Source: a virus
DNA: 64,000 nt
Strand: one strand, 5' to 3'
IMG/VR virus record: IMGVR_UViG_3300007734_000761
Span: 32,001-96,000 of that record
Part shown: positions 10,155 to 18,460 of the stretch, piece after piece
Numbering within the stretch: the first letter of the stretch is position 1
How the letters are laid out: each line of letters starts with the position of its first letter
Program-made: the position numbers and the translations under genes
Notes under the pieces: generated by a model
Seen by the model: the letters and a program-made list of their open reading frames with translations, nothing else
Database searches by the model: none
What the model was told of the DNA's origin: nothing

Positions 10155-10895
10155 TTAAGGTTTAAAAGCGTCTTTAAACGTAAATAAGGTTTTATAAATT
10201 TTAGAAGTTTGAGGAATTATTTTATTACCATATGGGATTTTTTCTCCTGTTAATGGATCTTTAGTATTATTTTTATCACGATTAACAGCATCAAAGTCAG
10301 CTTTAAGTGAATCAGGTAAACCAGAAGCCATTAATGACTGGAATGCGTATGGAGAATACATTATAGTTCCATCTTCTTCGTAGTACTGTAAATTATCATT
10401 AGAAAATAAATCATTTGCTAAGCTACGTAAGTCTTTTACTTTAACCTTACCTGGCATGACAGGGGCAATTTGAGGAGAAGATTTAGCAGCAACTGATGCT
10501 CCTTTATTTTTAAATGAATTTATGTCAGCCTTAGCTGTTTCACGTTTTATTTTTTCAGCTTCTGCTTTAGGTACAGGATTAGGTGTTAATTTAGTAACAG
10601 TAAAAAGTTTTTGTATAGCTTGGTTGTTGTTTGCTAATTCATCAGATAACTTTAAAATGTATCTATACATGTAACCATCATTACTAGTATCTGTTGTTGG
10701 AATAACTTTACCACGTTTTTTAAGATCAATAATTTTAGAAATAAGTGAACCTAATACTTGTGATTCAGGAAGGATATTTACTGTGTATCCATTCATGTCT
10801 AAGTCGTTTGCATGTACACGATAAGTATTCCACAACGGATCTTTAGGATTAGAAACTCTAGCAGCTTCTGGTAATAAAGATGATAATGTTATCAT
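10155..10895 (-). CDS. Hypothetical protein, possibly virion-internal
   Basis: MITLSSLLPEA leader; ATATTTAT motif at 10900-10907. Confidence 0.55.
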   Translation of the reverse strand: MITLSSLLPEAARVSNPKDPLWNTYRVHANDLDMNGYTVNILPESQVLGSLISKIIDLKKRGKVIPTTDTSNDGYMYRYILKLSDELANNNQAIQKLFTVTKLTPNPVPKAEAEKIKRETAKADINSFKNKGASVAAKSSPQIAPVMPGKVKVKDLRSLANDLFSNDNLQYYEEDGTIMYSPYAFQSLMASGLPDSLKADFDAVNRDKNNTKDPLTGEKIPYGNKIIPQTSKIYKTLFTFKDAFKP

Positions 10896-10909
10896 ATTAA
10901 TAAATATTG

Positions 10910-10984
10910 TGGACCCTGTAGGGTTTGAACCTACGACCCCCTGATTATGAGTCAGGTGCTACTGACCAACTGAGCTAAGGGTCC
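10910..10984 (-). tRNA. tRNA with CAT anticodon (Ile2-like, or Met)
   Basis: GGACCCT acceptor, CCTGA-CTCATAA-TCAGG arm, GGTTCAAA T-loop; body resembles Ile2 tRNAs. Confidence 0.85.
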
Positions 10985-10990
10985 ATTTAG

Positions 10991-11064
10991 TGATTCCGAC
11001 AGGATTCGAACCTGTGACCTACAGCTTAGAAGGCTGTTGCTCTATCCAGCTGAGCTACGAAACC
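10991..11064 (-). tRNA. tRNA-Arg(TCT)
   Basis: ACAGC-CTTCTAA-GCTGT arm; GGTTCGAATCC. Confidence 0.92.
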
Positions 11065-11069
11065 ATTTG

Positions 11070-11143
11070 CTCCCCGAGCTGGACTCGAACCAGCGACCTA
11101 ATGATTAACAGTCATTTGCTCTAACCTACTGAGCTATCGAGGA
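11070..11143 (-). tRNA. tRNA-Asn(GTT)
   Basis: AATGA-CTGTTAA-TCATT arm; TCCTCGA acceptor. Confidence 0.92.
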
Positions 11144-11160
11144 ATCTGTCTTCAGCGGCG

Positions 11161-11231
11161 TTACCCCCCAGAGATTCGAACTCCAATTAACTGGACCAAA
11201 ACCAGTTGTCCTGCCGTTAGACGAGAGGGTA
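11161..11231 (-). tRNA. tRNA-Gln(TTG)
   Basis: ACTGG-TTTTGGT-CCAGT arm. Confidence 0.88.
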
Positions 11232-11343
11232 ATATTTGCTAGGTCACCACCTCCACCTAGCATGAGGAGATTTAACGTGATTTCTTTCTTGCACTAGAAG
11301 AACAGGCCTCCTTTGTTCACGAACCCGAATTGGTATTAAGGTG

Positions 11344-11430
11344 CGGAAGATGTAGGATTCGAACCTACGGAACCTTTTAAAGTTCAACAGTTTTCAAGAC
11401 TGCCGCGATCGACCACTCTGCCAATCTTCC
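11344..11430 (-). tRNA. tRNA-Ser(TGA)
   Basis: GCAGT-CTTGAAA-ACTGT arm; long variable arm. Confidence 0.92.
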
Positions 11431-11434
11431 GTAT

Positions 11435-11505
11435 AGTGGAGCGTCACTTATTTCTAAGTTATCCACTTCGGTTACGTTATCTTGCGATAAGAGGCTTTAC
11501 CGAGC
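11435..11505 (-). ncRNA. Candidate structured RNA with two GNRA-capped hairpins
   Basis: TTATC-GCAA-GATAA inside TCGGT/ACCGA; ACTTA-GAAA-TAAGT inside AGTGGA/TCCACT. Confidence 0.5.
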
Positions 11506-11511
11506 CCAAGG

Positions 11512-11583
11512 TAGTCAGGACAGGATTCGAACCTGTATTTGCAGACCCTTTCGAGCCCGTGGTTACCATTCCGCCACCTGACT
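11512..11583 (-). ncRNA. tRNA-like element without an anticodon loop
   Basis: AGTCAGG/CCTGACT acceptor and ACAGG-TTCGAAT-CCTGT T-arm, but the middle arm is CGGGCTC-GAAA-GGGTCTG. Confidence 0.65.
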
Positions 11584-11732
11584 AAAAAACCCTAGCAGTT
11601 TCTGTTGATCAGGCAGGCTTACTAGGGGTTGTTACTGGTTATACCCGAAAGCTTTCCCAGTAACTCGAAGACCATCGGGCAGATCTTACGGGATGCTGGA
11701 TGGTACATTGCCTACAGATACTATCTATAGGG
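11584..11732 (-). ncRNA. Candidate four-hairpin structured RNA
   Basis: CTATAGAT/ATCTGTAG, ACCATC/GATGGT, GTTACTGG/CCAGTAAC, CCCTAG/CTAGGG stems; GC-rich relative to the genome. Confidence 0.5.
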
Positions 11733-11733
11733 G

Positions 11734-11807
11734 TGGTTGCGGACGACAGACTCGAACTGCCAATTTAAGGTTATGAGCCTTATGTGTTACCATTACACTA
11801 ATCCACA
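11734..11807 (-). tRNA. tRNA-Met(CAT), CCA encoded
   Basis: TAAGG-CTCATAA-CCTTA arm; ends ACCA. Confidence 0.82.
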
Positions 11808-11814
11808 ATATTTG

Positions 11815-11887
11815 AGCCACCTGTAGAAATCGAATCCACAACCTACTGAGTACAAATCAGTTGCTCTACCAGTTGAGCTAAGGTGGC
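11815..11887 (-). tRNA. tRNA-Thr(TGT)
   Basis: ACTGA-TTTGTAC-TCAGT arm; GCCACCT/AGGTGGC acceptor. Confidence 0.88.
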
Positions 11888-11901
11888 TTGTAAAAGAACT
11901 A

Positions 11902-12096
11902 TTACTTCTTTAACTCTACGATTTCTGTATGAAGTGAATCAGCGTGAGCATTAGCACTCTCAATAAGAGAATCAATATTCATAGAATCAGAACAAGTTGA
12001 GTCAGCACATTTCAAAGTGTCAACATTAGAAGTAGAGGTTTCGTTTGAGCAAGAAGCCAAAGTAACCAAGGCAGCGATAAATAATACTTTTTTCAT
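11902..12096 (-). CDS. Small lipoprotein
   Basis: MKKVLFIAALVTLASC lipobox; ATATTTAT at 12102-12109. Confidence 0.75.
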   Translation of the reverse strand: MKKVLFIAALVTLASCSNETSTSNVDTLKCADSTCSDSMNIDSLIESANAHADSLHTEIVELKK

Positions 12097-12123
12097 TTGA
12101 TATAAATATATAGTTTTTTAATT

Positions 12124-12531
12124 TTATTTGTTTTTACCCGTATATGTTTCTGTTTGTGAGTGACAGTTTGGACATAAGAATCTTAAATTTTCAATTCTAT
12201 GATCCCAACTCTTCCCATTTATGTGGTCTAAATGAAGAGATATTGGTTTATTATTCCATTCATTTAACCCACAATTACAACATACATATGATAACAAGTT
12301 CTCTTTTAGAATCCTATTTTTAATACCTCTTCTAGATTGTATTTCTGAAATATCCTTTTTATCAGGAATAGGTTTCGATTTTGTTCTCCAACCTTTTTCA
12401 GGATTATACAATCCTTCTTTTTGAGCTCTTGTTTTAAATGTATTAAAATGCCATCCTAACTTTGAACAAGCTTCTTGCATTGAATCTGATGATTCAATTG
12501 CTTCTTTAAGTTTATCTACATCGTAATTCAT
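12124..12531 (-). CDS. HNH endonuclease with N-terminal HTH (free-standing, homing-type)
   Basis: CCNC...HLDHING...NLRFLCPNCH; inside the tRNA array. Confidence 0.88.
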   Translation of the reverse strand: MNYDVDKLKEAIESSDSMQEACSKLGWHFNTFKTRAQKEGLYNPEKGWRTKSKPIPDKKDISEIQSRRGIKNRILKENLLSYVCCNCGLNEWNNKPISLHLDHINGKSWDHRIENLRFLCPNCHSQTETYTGKNK

Positions 12532-12535
12532 TTAG

Positions 12536-12619
12536 TACTGTAGGTGAGACTCGAACTCACACAACCCTGCGGGTTACTGCCTCTTAAGGGCAGCGCGTCT
12601 ACCATTCCGCCACTACAGC
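12536..12619 (-). tRNA. tRNA-Leu(TAA)
   Basis: CTGCC-CTTAAGA-GGCAG arm; long variable arm. Confidence 0.92.
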
Positions 12620-12646
12620 ATTTTTTTATTCTTATCTTATGACCAT

Positions 12647-12680
12647 ATTATAAAAAAAGGTTTGGTAAAAACCAAACCTT
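12647..12680 (-). promoter_or_regulatory. Terminator hairpin plus TTGG-N19-TATAAT promoter ahead of the tRNA array
   Basis: AAGGTTTGG-TTTTTA-CCAAACCTT, T run, TATAAT. Confidence 0.75.
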
Positions 12681-12691
12681 CTTTAAAGACT

Positions 12692-13069
12692 TTATCCTAT
12701 TTCATCGTCTAGGTGGTCTGGTATTCCGTCTCCATCTACATCCGAGATTTCTTTATAACCAAAAGCAGCCATAAATTTAGCTACACGGTTTTTTAAGTCT
12801 CCATCTGTGTCTTCAAACCAATCTTCTTTTAATTGGTCGTGGTCTAAAATGTGAGTCAAAGCATTATACATTTTTTCTACATCATCAACTAAGTAAATAT
12901 CTGGTGTATGAAAATCTAAACTAAAAGCATAATCATCTATTTGGGGAATAGTTAATAAAGAATCTGTTTTACCAATTTTCTTTTCAGTTGGAATGTCTTT
13001 TCCAAATTTATGAAAGTATTCTCCAACATAAATGTATCCTTGTCCGGGTTGTAATTGAAATTCACTCAT
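12692..13069 (-). CDS. GIY-YIG/T5orf172-like protein with C-terminal DxDGDG motif
   Basis: GYIYV...KKIGKT...EDWF; DVDGDGIPDHLD. Confidence 0.45.
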   Translation of the reverse strand: MSEFQLQPGQGYIYVGEYFHKFGKDIPTEKKIGKTDSLLTIPQIDDYAFSLDFHTPDIYLVDDVEKMYNALTHILDHDQLKEDWFEDTDGDLKNRVAKFMAAFGYKEISDVDGDGIPDHLDDEIG

Positions 13070-13070
13070 G

Positions 13071-13646
13071 TTATTTTAATAAATATTTTGTATAATCACT
13101 TTGTGTAGGCACAATATTTGGAAAATAGTATAATTCCTTTTTGTTACCAATCCAAATAGTTTTATAAAAACCATCTGGTACTGTAGCTCCTGAAGGTAAT
13201 ACTTGTGAACGAGAAGAATAAACCATTCTAATTTCAACTTTAATAGTTGCTGCTTTAGCTAAATCTCTTTCGTGTGCTTCTAATATTCTCCAAACACCTC
13301 TATTCAATCGTTCATGTTGTAAAACACAATTTACATATGAAAATGTTTTAAATAACATTTCTTTAGTACAATTGAAATCGGCAGCAGGTGCGCAATGTCC
13401 TTTATCCCAAACGTTATTTATATAATCATTGTTATCTGATGTAATAATACCCGGAACCGTGTAAAAATCCATACCTGTGCGAGGTGCTGTACCTGTTGGA
13501 CATTGAACTGTGTACCACACCCGTTTTGGTTGTTGTAATACTTCTGAGTAAACGGCTTCGTAAACATCTGTTTTTACATAAACAGAATCACGTTGAGCTA
13601 ATAAAGATAAAGGAAGTAAAAATAATCCTAATAATAATTTTTTCAT
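13071..13646 (-). CDS. Secreted DNA/RNA non-specific endonuclease
   Basis: Signal peptide; WDKGHCAPAAD, LNRGVWRILE, VPDGFYK. Confidence 0.88.
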   Translation of the reverse strand: MKKLLLGLFLLPLSLLAQRDSVYVKTDVYEAVYSEVLQQPKRVWYTVQCPTGTAPRTGMDFYTVPGIITSDNNDYINNVWDKGHCAPAADFNCTKEMLFKTFSYVNCVLQHERLNRGVWRILEAHERDLAKAATIKVEIRMVYSSRSQVLPSGATVPDGFYKTIWIGNKKELYYFPNIVPTQSDYTKYLLK

Positions 13647-14491
13647 TTTAATAAATTATAATATTCGTTAAAATGTTTAATACGATCAGGTAAACCAATA
13701 GTTCCACCATTTACTCTTTTTGTAACAGCAGTTACAGTTCCTTGATCAGCTCCTTTATCACAAATAGCCCACAAACCATTCTTATTAAAGAACCAAGCAG
13801 CAGACATTAAAGGATACTTTGTAGCAACCAAATCAGGATTAGCTAAAATATCTTCAGGAACAAACTTATCAAAAGCCGAGTAATTATCTTTTCCAGTTAA
13901 CTGGATATAACCACGGCCTCTAAATTTATATCCATCTTGAGTAGGTTCAGCACCATTACCCATTCTACCTCCGTAAACACGAGAGGCAATAGCAATAGGT
14001 TTACGAGCATATTGTTCTGCTAATTGTAAAGTAGGAAAGTATTTTTTAAAAATACCCATTAAACCCTTAGAAGAATAATTTAAATTTTCTGAAGTTGCTC
14101 TCCAACCTCCTGATTCATGACCACATTGAGCTAAGAAATGAGCTAATCTTAAAGGATTAGTAATATTAAATTTAGCTGCTGTGTCAGGAATTTGTGCAAG
14201 CACCGCGTCTGGAATGTGTCCTTTTAATGCACCTAACTTGAATGAGCTAGCAGGAATTGTTGCGCTCACCTGAGTTGGGGCAGCAGGAGTTGGTGTACTC
14301 ACCTGAGTTGGAGGAAATAATTTATTCCAAGTTCCATCACCTACAATTCCATCTGCTGTTAAACCGTTAGTTGATTGGAATTTTTTAACTGCTTCTTCAG
14401 TTTTAGGACCAAAAGTTCCAATTGCTTCTACTCCAAGTCTAACTTGAAGTTTTTTAACGTTTTCGTTGTTGTCGCCTCTTTTCAGTAACAT
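13643..14491 (-). CDS. Endolysin: peptidoglycan-binding domain plus GH19 catalytic domain
   Basis: LKRGD...GLTADGIVG; AHFLAQCGHES, FRGRGYIQLTG, VNGG. Confidence 0.92.
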   Translation of the reverse strand: MLLKRGDNNENVKKLQVRLGVEAIGTFGPKTEEAVKKFQSTNGLTADGIVGDGTWNKLFPPTQVSTPTPAAPTQVSATIPASSFKLGALKGHIPDAVLAQIPDTAAKFNITNPLRLAHFLAQCGHESGGWRATSENLNYSSKGLMGIFKKYFPTLQLAEQYARKPIAIASRVYGGRMGNGAEPTQDGYKFRGRGYIQLTGKDNYSAFDKFVPEDILANPDLVATKYPLMSAAWFFNKNGLWAICDKGADQGTVTAVTKRVNGGTIGLPDRIKHFNEYYNLLK

Positions 14492-14492
14492 A

Positions 14493-14759
14493 TTAACCTA
14501 ATTCTTCGTCTTTTTCTTCAGTTTTAGATCCTTTTCTAGCATTGATAAATTTATCAACACTTCCAATTCCGAAGCTACCTAAAACAATTACCATAAATCC
14601 ATCAAAAATGAATTCATTGATTAATAGTTCTTTACCTAAGTAGCCTGTTACTAAATCAACAGCTAAGGCAATTACCATCATCATAAATGCAATGAAACCA
14701 ACTACTGATTTTTCGTTGATTGTGTTGTTGTCGTCAAATAATTCTCTAAAAAATTTCAT
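14493..14759 (-). CDS. Putative holin
   Basis: Two TM segments, charged tail, directly upstream of the endolysin. Confidence 0.6.
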   Translation of the reverse strand: MKFFRELFDDNNTINEKSVVGFIAFMMMVIALAVDLVTGYLGKELLINEFIFDGFMVIVLGSFGIGSVDKFINARKGSKTEEKDEELG

Positions 14760-14760
14760 G

Positions 14761-15219
14761 TTATTCGTTGTTAATGTTGTGTTTGAGGGTCATAGCATCT
14801 TCTAAAGACTTTTGAAGTGCTTTCGAAAACGCTTTTTTGTTTAGTGGAACCTCATTATTTTCAACATTAAGGAAAGCAGCAAACACATATGTTTGTCTTT
14901 TTGCTATTCCTTTAAAACAACCAGTGCCTATGCACACTTGTGTCGTAACAATATAGTCTTTTTTTAGCCATTGAAGGCCTATGATATTAAGTATTCTTTG
15001 TGGACTAGAAATTTCATCTAAACTTACACTTACATCCATTCCGTTTGAGTCTAAACTATATCCTTGGTCAACTAAAATTTCTTCCAGTGTTTCTTTTATA
15101 CCAAAAACAACCGGTCTGTCTCCTATTTTTTCAATAGGAGTACTGTTACTTACATTACTTACCTTAACTGAAATGGGAGGTTGAATTGATAACAATATAG
15201 AAGCTAAAACACTTAACAT
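14761..15219 (-). CDS. Secreted protein, possibly a short CsgG-like fold
   Basis: Hydrophobic N-terminus; FGIKETLEEIL and FSKALQKSLEDA echo LGFAESVLDYL and VGKATRKSLETA in 18444..19139. Confidence 0.4.
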   Translation of the reverse strand: MLSVLASILLSIQPPISVKVSNVSNSTPIEKIGDRPVVFGIKETLEEILVDQGYSLDSNGMDVSVSLDEISSPQRILNIIGLQWLKKDYIVTTQVCIGTGCFKGIAKRQTYVFAAFLNVENNEVPLNKKAFSKALQKSLEDAMTLKHNINNE

Positions 15220-15231
15220 CAGTAATAAATA

Positions 15232-16434
15232 TTAATAAGTTACAGAACCTGCATATCCTGGAGCAATGATATATAGATTTAATGTTCCACCTGATGTTAA
15301 AGTACCTGTTGTATGGTTAGTTACTCCTGGATAAGTTGCTCTAACGTTAGTAGTAGATGCTACAATAGCATTGTATTGAGATGTTGTAAAAATCCTAACA
15401 TCAGGAGCTGTTCTCCACTTAGAAAAAATTCCTGCCTTCCTCGCAGCAACATAATACTTATCTGCAATTGAAATTACTCCATCGTCATTAACATCAAATC
15501 TATGAAACGATAAGCCATTCCTAACTACTTTTCCTAAAATAATATTTGATACTCCTTGAATGTCTGAAGTTGTGTAAGCTTGAATTCTTGTTGGAGCATC
15601 TATTTGAATTGTAAATTGATCTCCAGCAACAGTGGTTCTTGAGAAAGAATAGTAACCTGATGAGTTGGTATTAACTGTAGCATCTAAAGAAGTAGAAGAA
15701 CTTGTTGTAGTTGATGTAGTATTTATTTCCCAACTCGTACTAGCAAAAGTACCTGCTGTAATAAATGAACTAGCCATCCAGGCACTGCCTGTTGATATAC
15801 CCATCACCTCTTGGTTTGAACCGTCGGCAGTAAATGTTCTCCAGACTACTATTTGTTTTGAGGCTTGGTTTTTAATAAAATATAAATCCCAAACATAGTT
15901 AATTCCAGTCTGATTGTATTTGCAGTTACCCTCGTATCTAACTCTAAACACATCTCCGTAAGTTCCGTCTGTGTAACTTTCAGTTGAAACAAAAGAAACG
16001 TTGTTATCTGTAGAACCATTATCTACTGATCCAATATGAATAGTAGGTTGATTAGGATTAGTAGCATTTCCGTTATATCCTGAACTAGAACTTGTACCAA
16101 AAGTAAACCATGAGTTAGCATTTACGTGACCTGAAGAATAGCTGGTGCCTGCATAAGAAGGACTAAACCCAGAAGGGAATGTAATAGCAACAGATGCTTC
16201 GTCTGAATTAGCTGTTGAGAATAATACAGAAGTTCCTCTTCCTCTATCTGAGGGAATGCCAGATGTTATTTTAGTTAATGTTCCTGATTTAGTAGTAGCT
16301 CCAGCTGCACTTTTATAAAGTTTAACAGGAACATTACTAGCACCAGATCCGTTTGCATTATAAAGATATCCTGAATAGGTAAATTGGCCTAGTAATGAAT
16401 TTGTTAATAATAAAAATACAAGTAATAATCTCAT
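15232..16434 (-). CDS. Secreted dockerin-like domain protein
   Basis: Signal peptide; TTSDIQGVSNIILG...FDVNDDGVISIADK; no T9SS sorting domain. Confidence 0.7.
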   Translation of the reverse strand: MRLLLVFLLLTNSLLGQFTYSGYLYNANGSGASNVPVKLYKSAAGATTKSGTLTKITSGIPSDRGRGTSVLFSTANSDEASVAITFPSGFSPSYAGTSYSSGHVNANSWFTFGTSSSSGYNGNATNPNQPTIHIGSVDNGSTDNNVSFVSTESYTDGTYGDVFRVRYEGNCKYNQTGINYVWDLYFIKNQASKQIVVWRTFTADGSNQEVMGISTGSAWMASSFITAGTFASTSWEINTTSTTTSSSTSLDATVNTNSSGYYSFSRTTVAGDQFTIQIDAPTRIQAYTTSDIQGVSNIILGKVVRNGLSFHRFDVNDDGVISIADKYYVAARKAGIFSKWRTAPDVRIFTTSQYNAIVASTTNVRATYPGVTNHTTGTLTSGGTLNLYIIAPGYAGSVTY

Positions 16435-17774
16435 AACAGTAATTTGGCTCCCATTAATATTTGATAGTTAAGTACACTCTGAGTAGCAATATAAGTACCA
16501 CCGCCGGTTAATCCAACTCCAAATGTTTTAGTCAGTTTATAATTAAAGTTAAAGAAGGGAATAACGATTGGCTTTGATTCAAATAAAGACTCTGTGTAGT
16601 ACTTAGTATAAGGGGAATACACACAGGCAGCAATAATAGTAGCATCTAAAGCTTTTGCTAACTTACCTTTATACATAAACCCTCCAATTGCTAAAGTTGA
16701 AATCATTTCTTCTCCGTAAAGATTTCCATAAGTTCCAGCTCCTCCATAAAGTGCTGTAAAGTTCTTAACTGAGTTTACTCTTACAAATAAAGCTGTATTA
16801 GACCAAGATTTAGGTAAAATACCAAAAGCATCTGAAACGACGTTAATGTGTTTGTTACCTTTCTTATTTATTCCAATCCAAGATCTCATTACTGAAAGGT
16901 TTCCAATTCGAGCATTAACCATGTAATCAGCTGAAAATCCTAATGAGGCTGTTCCATCTCCTTTTACTCGAGTAAATGACATAGTTCCTCTAGCATCTCT
17001 AGAACCATCGTCTGCTTTTTGTACTCCAACAATATCCCCGGTAACTAAGATTGCAGGCTTGGCAACCTCTGCTTTTGCCTTTGAGGTTGATTTAGCTGTT
17101 GAATTAGAAGACTCTTTTTGAGTTTCGGTTTTTTGTTCCTCTACTTGTTGTTCAGTTGATTTATCTTCTGTTTTTGGTTCTTCTGTTTTACCTTGCCCCG
17201 ACCCTGAACCGGATCCGCTGCCATTGCCACTGCTACCAGAAGAGGAACCACTGTTACCACTAGAATTGCCACTGTTTGAATTATTACTTCCATCGGGGTT
17301 CTGGTTCGTATTCGACTGAGGATTTCCATCTTCTTGTTTATTATCTGAGGTACTAACCGATCCTGAACCCGTTGAAGTTGCTCCGCCTACATTTGTTCCC
17401 ACTGACGTGAATGACCCGACGTTTGCAATAGCATTTAAATTCATTACACTATTAACAACATTCGAAGCCAAGTTAGTCGATGTGGTTGTTGTAGTTGTAG
17501 CTACAGCCCCTTGACATGGAGAGGTTGACTTGTATTTGTTATAAATATCATTCAACCATATGTCAAATGTACCATCTTGTAATTCTGTGTAGTTAAATGT
17601 CTTTACTTGTCCATAATAAACAATTACTATAGGACTGTTCATATCAGCTGTTATAAACTTGCTTTCTTTCGTGCAGGGATCAATATAACTAAATAAAAAA
17701 GATTGAGAATAACTAAGTTTTGATATACATAACAATATCAATAATAAGAGTGTTTTATATAAACTTCCACCCAT
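16431..17774 (-). CDS. Secreted protein with S/G/N linker and putative C-terminal beta-barrel
   Basis: Signal peptide after ATG 17774; low-complexity linker; amphipathic strands ending NYQILMGAKLLL. Confidence 0.55.
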   Translation of the reverse strand: MGGSLYKTLLLLILLCISKLSYSQSFLFSYIDPCTKESKFITADMNSPIVIVYYGQVKTFNYTELQDGTFDIWLNDIYNKYKSTSPCQGAVATTTTTTSTNLASNVVNSVMNLNAIANVGSFTSVGTNVGGATSTGSGSVSTSDNKQEDGNPQSNTNQNPDGSNNSNSGNSSGNSGSSSGSSGNGSGSGSGSGQGKTEEPKTEDKSTEQQVEEQKTETQKESSNSTAKSTSKAKAEVAKPAILVTGDIVGVQKADDGSRDARGTMSFTRVKGDGTASLGFSADYMVNARIGNLSVMRSWIGINKKGNKHINVVSDAFGILPKSWSNTALFVRVNSVKNFTALYGGAGTYGNLYGEEMISTLAIGGFMYKGKLAKALDATIIAACVYSPYTKYYTESLFESKPIVIPFFNFNYKLTKTFGVGLTGGGTYIATQSVLNYQILMGAKLLL

Positions 17775-18354
17775 ATCCTTTAATAGTTTTACAAAGTCCT
17801 CTACAACACATAGAAATATTTCCATTGGGTATATTGTAATATAGTGTAGGTTCTTTTAATGAATCCCATATTTTTATTAAATTTCCATTTAAATCAAACT
17901 GGCCTACTTTTTTATATTTTTTCTTATTTTCTTCAGTTCTGTCTCTTTCTTTTTGTATTTTACTTATTTTAGATAAACCTTCTGGTGTGTGAAAGTTTAC
18001 CCCTAAATGAGTTTCTCTCATTCTTTGTTTATTATACTCACTTTGTTTTTTACCTTTCATTGGAGATACTCTACCAACATAAAGGTTACTTCTATATTGT
18101 TTTTCTTTATCATTCATTATTTGTCTACCTCCACCACCATTGTTTTTATTTTCTAAAACATAACCCCAATTTTTAAATAAACTAATATAATAACCCTCCC
18201 AAAAAACCCATTCATTATCATTTACAGTATCAATAATAAAATAACTTGTTGGTTGTTTTTTATTTTTATGTTGACCTATTCTACTAGAAGTATTTTTTGA
18301 TTTTCCAATATAAAAAGGAATATTATTTTTTTCTAAAACATATATATCTATCAT
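17755..18354 (-). mobile_element. GIY-YIG-type homing endonuclease with NUMOD3/NUMOD1-like tail
   Basis: IYVL...FYIGKS...R; SPMKGKKQSE; VGQFDLNGNLIKIWDS...GYGWKF. Confidence 0.85.
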
Positions 18355-18367
18355 ACATGTATAAATA

Positions 18368-18460
18368 TTAGAGGTCTATGTAGGAATACATGAAGGACTG
18401 CCCGTTTAAAGACAGTCCTACCATAAATAAAAATAATAATATTTTAGTTTTTAAAGACAC
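18368..18460 (-). pseudogene. Orphaned original 5' end of the 16431 gene
   Basis: GTG-started 30 aa MSLKTKILLFLFMVGLSLNGQSFMYSYIDL* matches KTLLLLILLCISKLSYSQSFLFSYIDP downstream of the endonuclease. Confidence 0.75.

Noticed and set aside
11595-11615. Hammerhead ribozyme (CTGATCA...GAAAC on the minus strand)
   Set aside because: The core deviates from CUGANGA and there is no stem II between the two motifs.
17755-18443. Group I intron around the endonuclease (hairpin GGACTG...CAGTCC at 18395-18418)
   Set aside because: No room for an intron core: the flanks are the coding stub and the replacement N-terminus, and the hairpin lies inside the stub.
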